Both the position numbers and the translations under genes were made by a program. A DNA stretch of 32,000 nucleotides from an uncultured Pseudomonadota bacterium (GTDB taxonomy: Bacteria > Pseudomonadota > Gammaproteobacteria > Competibacterales > Competibacteraceae), in contig CAVSVP010000023.1 in assembly GCA_963731125.1 (NCBI GenBank), positions 199,550 through 231,549 on the forward strand, read 5' to 3'. Below the pieces are notes generated by a model. It was not told where the DNA came from. It was given only the letters and a program-made list of their open reading frames with translations, and did no database searches. This document shows, piece after piece, positions 7,908-13,776 of the stretch; within the stretch, counting starts at the first letter, position 1; every line of letters begins with the position of its first letter.

Positions 7908-10871
7908 TTAGAACTGCCTGGCCAGGCGAAACCCCCTGCCGTAGTTCCGGGTAGCCGGCGTGTTCCAGTTGCGGCCCGCCGCACGCACCCTATGCGGGCC
8001 GCTGCCCCAGGAGCCGCCCCGGAGCACACGAGGGTCACCATAATCAGCACGATTTTTGCTATAACACTCCTGCTCCGCACCACCGTAGTTTTTATCATAG
8101 ACTGAGCAGGTCCATTCCCAAACATTACCCGCTGTATCATAAAGGCCAAACGCATTCGCCCGAAAACTCCCTACCGGCGCCGTCTGTTTCCTGTCCCAGC
8201 GACTCCCGCAATTGTAGCAATTGGCATTATTGCTGCCGATATCGTTCCCCCACCAATAAGCCGTCTGCGTTCCTGCCCGCGCCGCGTATTCCCACTCCGC
8301 CTCCTTCGGTAAGCGGTATGCTTCGCCCGTCTGCTCCGATAACCAGTCCGCATAGTCCTTGGCATCTTTCCAGGTAACATTGATCACCGGTCGCCGTCCG
8401 CGGCCCCAGCCTCGATCGCCGGGTTTCTTACTGCCGGTAGCCTCCGCAAAACGATCATATTCCTCAAAAGTCACCTCATACTTACCCACGGCAAAAGGCC
8501 GCTCAATGCGCACCAAATGCTGCCGCTCATTGTCATAGCGGCCCCCCTCATCCTCCGGCGAACCCATCATAAACTCCCCCGCAGGAATGACCACCATCTC
8601 TGGTCCTTTTGAACCATCCTTCAACGTATCTCGAAATTCCGATTCAACCAGCTCCACCTCCCGGACAGCGGGCATTATTCCCGAGACTTCGATAGTCGTC
8701 GGTGGACGCAGCAGCCAGGTTTTCAGACCCGGCCATTGTTCCGCGACAAAAAAGCCTACAGTCACCGCCACTAACATGGTCAAACCAGGCTCCAGCCAAC
8801 CCTGCCACGGCCGGCCCAGCAGTTCTCCAAGATGCAACCGGCCTGCCGCGTGCCCCGTCACCAAAGCCAATTGGTCCTGCATGCCGGGCTCCAACAGCGG
8901 CAATTCCTTTTGACGCTCCAGTTCCACTTCAATGGCCCGCAGTAATTCGGCTCCGGCAGCCCCGTCAAGCAGAAGAGGCAGCCGCGCCAGCGCCCGCTCC
9001 GGTTCCAGGCGCAGCAGATGAGAGATCCGCTTGACTTCCCAAAATTGGCGCAACAGCTCGTCATCGGGGCGGGTGGCATCCAGCTGCTCCAGCAGCAGTC
9101 GCCGGCCTTGCGCCTCAAGCCGCTGCTCGGCAGGCAATTCCGCATCGCGCTGGCGCTGTTCGCGAATCAGTTTGTCGACAAGAGCTTCACTGAGTACCAG
9201 CGTGCGGCCGTCCTCGCTCTCGGGATTGGAGTTGTTGTCTTCCCGGGCTACCCACTCCAGCAGCCGCTGCAGATACCGTGGCGTCGGCAGGGCTGCGTTA
9301 AGGTCAGGAAAGCGCCGACGCAGATAGTCCAGTTGGTCCCAGGTGGCATCCGGCACCAGCGCCGCCAACAGGGCCCAACGCGGCAACGCTCGGGCAACCT
9401 CGGGATCGCTCAGCGGTTTGAGCGGCTCCCAGGTGGGCGTGCGTATGCCCTGTCCTCCTTCCGCAAGGTAGCGCGCTAGCGCCAGCAGGCCGGCCTCGCT
9501 AAAGGGAAAGCGCTGCAGGCCAAGCCCCTCCAGCTCGCGAATCTCCCGGCGTTCCCGACGGCGCTTGCCGAGGGGTCGCGGGTCGACGAGGTCCAGCCAT
9601 GCCTTCACCGGCCAGGCGTCGAGTTCTGCCAGCCAGGCAGCGCGCTCCCGCAGCCCCTGGGTACTGAGGGCGCGGGAGATAATCAGCAGCGGTTCGTCGT
9701 CGGCATGACGGGCCAGCCGCTGCAAAGGTACCGGGTTGCCCGTGGCGGGCATACTGACAAACAGGGGATCAAAACGGAAATCGTAACGGGCAAAACGTAC
9801 TCCCAGCGCTGCCCAGCGTTCCAGCAGCCAATGAATGCCCGCCAGCCACGGGTAGTCGCCACGCTCAATGTCCAGCAGTACCAGAAACTGCCCGGCTACG
9901 GATTGAGACAGGTAAACCGGCGCCAGCCGTCCACCCTGCTGTATCGTGGCGTGCACGGTGGCCGTAATATCCAGGTCGGCGCTGCTCAGTGATCGGAATA
10001 ACCGCCCTAGAATAGCGGCGGAATCCTCTGCCACGCTGACGGGCAGGGGAGGATACCGCTCGACCTGATAGGTCAGATGGAGCGGCGCCTGCCGCTGCTC
10101 TGCCTGCTCGGCAAGCCGCTTTCGCTCCGAGGTAACCCTTTGATGCCGTCGCACAGCCTGGGCCTGCCGGTAACGCTCAACCATGCCCGGCAGCAGCAGC
10201 CAGCGCAGGCCCACGCAAAAGAGCATCAAAGACAAACCGATCACCAGGGCGTCGCGGCCGTCGAGAGAACGTGGTTTGGGTTGGATTTCAACGGGCTCCG
10301 CCGAGGGGCGCTCCGGCACCAAAGGTTCTCCGCGAAGTATCCACCAGCGCTTGAGGCTATCGGGAGCGTCGGGTTCCGGCGGCGTCTTAATGGGTTCCGC
10401 ATCCTCCACAGGCGGTTCCGGAGGACGCAGTGACAGCGTCACTAAGGCGGCAACCCCCAGGCCCAGTAGCAGGGCGATGGTCGCCAACCATAGCCGGCGG
10501 GGGGCATTGCGGATACGCTGCCAAAGCGACGCAAAAAAAGTATGCCACCAGGACCGGCGTTCACACTGGCCGGGTTCTTCCAGCGCGGGCGTTTCCGAAT
10601 CTTTACCAGAGGGAACATTATCCGGCGCACTGGATGGTGGAGGTGCTTCCGAAAAGTAGAGATCAAACAGATTGACAATTTGCCGCCACTGCGCCTCATT
10701 CGTCGCTAGCAGTGCGGCCAGCCCGGCGCGTAGTTCGCGGCGGCTCAATGCCGGCCGCCGCGTCAGCAATTGCCGCACCTGGAGGTACTCCGCCGGGCCC
10801 AGGCGGATAATGCGACGCCGGTTGATGGCATCGAGAAAGGCTTGCACGTTGCGATCTGCCGCCCCGGCCAC
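7908..10871 (-). CDS. 987-aa three-TM protein: CoxE-like N-terminal helix region + TM hairpin + degenerate vWA-like core + helical region + TM + C-terminal FGE-sulfatase-fold (FGS) domain
   Basis: GTG start at 10871, 5 nt after the AAA+ stop. Hydrophobic helices at about aa 127-148, 207-229 and 695-712. The segment DLDITATVHATIQQGGRLAPVYLSQSVAGQFLVLLDIERGD resembles the CoxE-type vWA entry strand, with DIERG in place of the MIDAS motif DxSGS. The C-terminal 230 aa carry FGE-family motifs (VIPAGEFMMGS, VTWKDAKDYADWL, YRLPKEAEWEYAARAG, NVWEWT, RGGSW...GFRLAR) without the catalytic Cys pair. Confidence 0.85.
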   Translation of the reverse strand: MAGAADRNVQAFLDAINRRRIIRLGPAEYLQVRQLLTRRPALSRRELRAGLAALLATNEAQWRQIVNLFDLYFSEAPPPSSAPDNVPSGKDSETPALEEPGQCERRSWWHTFFASLWQRIRNAPRRLWLATIALLLGLGVAALVTLSLRPPEPPVEDAEPIKTPPEPDAPDSLKRWWILRGEPLVPERPSAEPVEIQPKPRSLDGRDALVIGLSLMLFCVGLRWLLLPGMVERYRQAQAVRRHQRVTSERKRLAEQAEQRQAPLHLTYQVERYPPLPVSVAEDSAAILGRLFRSLSSADLDITATVHATIQQGGRLAPVYLSQSVAGQFLVLLDIERGDYPWLAGIHWLLERWAALGVRFARYDFRFDPLFVSMPATGNPVPLQRLARHADDEPLLIISRALSTQGLRERAAWLAELDAWPVKAWLDLVDPRPLGKRRRERREIRELEGLGLQRFPFSEAGLLALARYLAEGGQGIRTPTWEPLKPLSDPEVARALPRWALLAALVPDATWDQLDYLRRRFPDLNAALPTPRYLQRLLEWVAREDNNSNPESEDGRTLVLSEALVDKLIREQRQRDAELPAEQRLEAQGRRLLLEQLDATRPDDELLRQFWEVKRISHLLRLEPERALARLPLLLDGAAGAELLRAIEVELERQKELPLLEPGMQDQLALVTGHAAGRLHLGELLGRPWQGWLEPGLTMLVAVTVGFFVAEQWPGLKTWLLRPPTTIEVSGIMPAVREVELVESEFRDTLKDGSKGPEMVVIPAGEFMMGSPEDEGGRYDNERQHLVRIERPFAVGKYEVTFEEYDRFAEATGSKKPGDRGWGRGRRPVINVTWKDAKDYADWLSEQTGEAYRLPKEAEWEYAARAGTQTAYWWGNDIGSNNANCYNCGSRWDRKQTAPVGSFRANAFGLYDTAGNVWEWTCSVYDKNYGGAEQECYSKNRADYGDPRVLRGGSWGSGPHRVRAAGRNWNTPATRNYGRGFRLARQF

Positions 10872-10876
10872 GCCGC

Positions 10877-11890
10877 TTAACCGCCTTGCCGTACCCGCTC
10901 CAGATCCTCACGGAGTTTCAGCAGGCAGCTCAGGGCCGGCAGCGTATGCCAGGTCACCGCCTCATGGTTTTCCGTGCGCGCCGCCTCGACGGCTAAGCGG
11001 CGTGCAGTTTCCGCCGGATCGAAAACCGTTAATAACACCGCCAGCCAGTCGAGTAGTTCTGCCGTGGCCGGTTGCTTAGTCAGCCGAAAGTGAGGGCTGC
11101 GCAGCTCGGTAAAGAGCGTGATGGCATTATGCTTGAGGGGTGGCGGTGCCTTGGGGAAATGCGCATCCAGAATTTCCTGAAGCCGCTTATGGTCGGGAAA
11201 AGGGATATAAAAAAACACGCAGCGCCGCAAAAAAGCATCGGGAAGCTGGCGTTCCACATTGCTGGTGATAATTACGAAAGGCTTGGGGGCGCCGGGCGGC
11301 GGCCGCATCTGCCGCGTCAGTCCGGCGTGGCCGGGCGCGATGGCATCCGGTATGATGTCTTGTCCCTGGGGAATCTCCGGAATCTCAAACCAGCCCTGGT
11401 CCAGCTCCCGCAATAAATCATTGGGCAGGTCGCGGGGCGCCTTATCGATTTCATCAATTAATACCACCCGGCGCACCGGAGAGGTCAGGGCGATGCCCAG
11501 CGGTTCCAGGGTAATATAGTTCTGGGGGAAAGCCGCGCGGCGTCTGCCCTGTTCACCGCCGGTTTGCGCATCGCCGAAGCGGCGCACCGCATCGTAATGA
11601 TAGAGAAGCTGCTGGGCGCGGGTTTCACTGCGCACATACTGGGCCAGCACCTCCCGGGGAGCGGATGCGCCAGCGGAATCTATGGTCAAACCGCTGGCGG
11701 CGGCAAAGGCAAAATCGGTTTTGCCGCAGCCCGGCTCCCCTGTCAACAGCAACGGTCGGTCCAGGGCCAGGGCGACATTGGCGGCGGCCAGTAGGTCCGG
11801 ATCGGCCAGAAAAGGTTTACCGTCGCGACCCACCATGCGGCCGGCATCCAGCAGAGAATAGGGCGGCTGATAAGCAACGGGTGTCGGCAT
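10877..11890 (-). CDS. AAA+ ATPase, MoxR/CoxD (AAA_5)-like
   Basis: 337 aa. Walker A LLLTGEPGCGKT (K57), Walker B RRVVLIDEIDKA (D146/E147), and a sensor-1/Arg region FVIITSNVERQLPDAFLRRC. The start lies 3 nt after the TIR gene stop. Confidence 0.88.
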   Translation of the reverse strand: MPTPVAYQPPYSLLDAGRMVGRDGKPFLADPDLLAAANVALALDRPLLLTGEPGCGKTDFAFAAASGLTIDSAGASAPREVLAQYVRSETRAQQLLYHYDAVRRFGDAQTGGEQGRRRAAFPQNYITLEPLGIALTSPVRRVVLIDEIDKAPRDLPNDLLRELDQGWFEIPEIPQGQDIIPDAIAPGHAGLTRQMRPPPGAPKPFVIITSNVERQLPDAFLRRCVFFYIPFPDHKRLQEILDAHFPKAPPPLKHNAITLFTELRSPHFRLTKQPATAELLDWLAVLLTVFDPAETARRLAVEAARTENHEAVTWHTLPALSCLLKLREDLERVRQGG

Positions 11891-11893
11891 GGC

Positions 11894-13108
11894 TTAGGCG
11901 TCCTGTAGATAGCGGTCTATCAGATCGGCCAGTTCCTGATAGCTCAACCGGGAACCGGAGATCAGCCGCTGGTACTCGGTTTTTAGCTCTTCAACCATTG
12001 CCGGCGGCGGGCGTGGACTTTGATGGCTGAAATAATCTTCCAGCTCTTCCCAGGTAGGCAGCTTTACCGGCGGCAGCAGGCGGTAACGAAGCCGGCCGCT
12101 GGCCTGCGCCTGCTGCCCCCAGGCATCGACGTGCTGCACCAGAGGAGGCAGCGTACCAGGTGGCATCTCGGCCTCTTCATAATCAAGGGCCAGCAGAATG
12201 CGAATATCGTTGCCGGGCCGGGCGTCATTCAGCAGGCCAGGCAGGGATTCGGTAATAAATTCCTGCAGCCCTGTCTGCTGATTGTCATCGAGCCGGTCCA
12301 GAGGACGTAGGCCGAGAATCAGAAACAGCGCCTGCTCCCGGGCGGTCTGGGCCAGGCATTGGGCGGCATTCCCCTGACCACCCAGCGCCAGGCGCAGATG
12401 CCGGCACCAATCGGCTCCGCAGCGCGCGGCAATGCCTTCCCATTTAAACCGCACCCGGTAAACCGCATGAGGAAAACGGGTTTCCTGGCTCAGATAGCGC
12501 TGGATGCGCTCGACGAACAGGGCGACATTTTGGTGCCGCGGCCCGTGTAGCAGAAATAACACGTGGCCGGGCTGGAGGCTTTCCTCGAGCACACCGCTCC
12601 ATTGGGGATAGCGGTCCAGGCGAAGCGCCGCCCCGAGGGCCAGGTAGTTTCCGGAAGAAAGCGGCGTTTGCGGCTGAGTTTGCCGGTCGCACTCGGTAAG
12701 CCAATTTGCGAGTTCTTGGGCGATGCGTTCAAGGCCGCCGTGCTTGGTAGCATCCATGGCCTGCAAAATGCCGGTGCCATAGGGCATGCCACCATGACTC
12801 TCCGGCAGTTTCTCGAGCAGAACGGGAATCACGGTATGCGCCTGGGGATTGTCCCGGGCAAGCTGAATAGCACGGGCGATCTCTTCGTGCTGGTAAAAAG
12901 CGGCATCGGTATGAGAGGAAATCAACACGACAGTGGCGCGGGAGGCTTGCAGGGCATCCCGCAGCGTAGTGGGCCAGGGCGCTCCCGGGGAAATACCCTG
13001 CTGATCAAGAAAGACCTGGCATTGTTGGTCTTGAAGCTCCCAGCACAACGCTTTTGCCTGCCGAGTATCGGATCCCGCATGAGCAATAAAAAAATCAAAT
13101 GGCCCCAT
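11894..13108 (-). CDS. TIR-domain protein with about 250-aa unassigned C-terminal domain (degenerate P-loop-like)
   Basis: 404 aa. The N-terminal roughly 140 aa show the TIR pattern DFFIAHAGSD...QVFLD...ATVVLISSHTDAAFYQHEE...VIPVLL. The C-terminal part has VLFLLHGPRHQNVALFVERI and ALFLILGLRPLDRLDD, reminiscent of Walker A/B strands but without GK[ST]. A GGGAGGGG SD lies upstream. Confidence 0.85.
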   Translation of the reverse strand: MGPFDFFIAHAGSDTRQAKALCWELQDQQCQVFLDQQGISPGAPWPTTLRDALQASRATVVLISSHTDAAFYQHEEIARAIQLARDNPQAHTVIPVLLEKLPESHGGMPYGTGILQAMDATKHGGLERIAQELANWLTECDRQTQPQTPLSSGNYLALGAALRLDRYPQWSGVLEESLQPGHVLFLLHGPRHQNVALFVERIQRYLSQETRFPHAVYRVRFKWEGIAARCGADWCRHLRLALGGQGNAAQCLAQTAREQALFLILGLRPLDRLDDNQQTGLQEFITESLPGLLNDARPGNDIRILLALDYEEAEMPPGTLPPLVQHVDAWGQQAQASGRLRYRLLPPVKLPTWEELEDYFSHQSPRPPPAMVEELKTEYQRLISGSRLSYQELADLIDRYLQDA

Positions 13109-13133
13109 GATCGCTTATCCCCTCCCAAAGAGA

Positions 13134-13139
13134 ATTATA
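13134..13139 (-). promoter_or_regulatory. Candidate -10 box (perfect TATAAT) for the TIR operon
   Basis: The minus strand reads ...cgcgcTATAATtctctttGGGAGGGGataagcgatcATG. The -35 region is poor (ACCGAA-like). This is a sequence match only. Confidence 0.3.
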
Positions 13140-13198
13140 GCGCGATGTCTGCCAATTCGGTAAGCTGGAAAACCTGGATATCTACGAGGTCAAGTGCA

Positions 13199-13765
13199 AT
13201 GTCCACGGCGGCTTTATTAGAGAAAGCGGCTATTCGCAGAATGATTATGCCTATCTCGGTAGAGCAGTATCACAAAATGAGCGAAATTAGCCCGGATTTA
13301 ACAAAAACGGAACTGATTGAAGGTATTATTATCGAGAAAATGACTAAATCGCCATTACACACGTATCTGCTGCATTGGCTTTTTGAATTTTTCTCCAGCA
13401 AGCTACCTGCAGGTCACCTGCTGCGGAAGGAAGATCCCTTGACGCTGGCGGCATCCGAGCCGGAACCGGATATCGCCATTGTCAAAGGAAGCTTTGTGGA
13501 CTTTAAACACACACACCCTACGAGGGCTGAATTGGTCATAGAAATTGCCATCTCCTCATTGGAGCTGGATCGGGAAAAGGCAGAAATTTATGCGGCGGCA
13601 GGGATACCCGAATACTGGATAATCGTTCCCCGGGATACTGTCGTGGAGGTTTATCGAGAACCAGCCGAGGGAAAATACCAGACCATGAGAAGGTACGAAA
13701 AGACGCAATCCATTGCCACGGCCTGGGGTGCATTGGCTTTAGAGAAGCTGTTTAGTTTTGGATAG
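13199..13765 (+). CDS. Uma2 family (DUF820) putative restriction-endonuclease-like protein
   Basis: This is the C-terminal part of track ORF 12563..13765, whose 5' 600 nt are an antisense shadow of the TIR gene. ISVEQYHKMSE...ELIEGIIIEKMTKSPLH...EPDIAIV...ELVIEIAISSL..D..KAEIYAAAGIPEYWIV is the Uma2 pattern. I prefer the ATG at 13199 because GAGG lies about 10 nt upstream. The ATG at 13145 is also possible. Confidence 0.78.
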   Translation: MSTAALLEKAAIRRMIMPISVEQYHKMSEISPDLTKTELIEGIIIEKMTKSPLHTYLLHWLFEFFSSKLPAGHLLRKEDPLTLAASEPEPDIAIVKGSFVDFKHTHPTRAELVIEIAISSLELDREKAEIYAAAGIPEYWIIVPRDTVVEVYREPAEGKYQTMRRYEKTQSIATAWGALALEKLFSFG

Positions 13766-13776
13766 ATCCGTAGGCT

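Noticed and set aside
7911-8040. Diversity-generating retroelement (DGR) target. The C-terminal GGSW...R..R...GFR stretch of an FGE/CLec-fold domain is where DGR variable regions normally sit, and a second FGE-fold gene (6650-6787) aligns gap-free to it.
   Set aside because: - The nucleotide differences between the two segments are not confined to adenine positions. For example, AAC aligns to GAT or CGG.
- No template repeat is present.
- No reverse transcriptase or Avd-like gene is present in the window.
7767-8105. 112-aa ORF downstream of DUF433 as the missing PIN/DUF5615 toxin partner.
   Set aside because: Its sequence (MKRRCIPQKSVTLLRDPFEP...) has no DUF5615/PIN resemblance. Most of it is the antisense shadow of the 3' end of the 987-aa gene, and it runs through the terminator hairpin.
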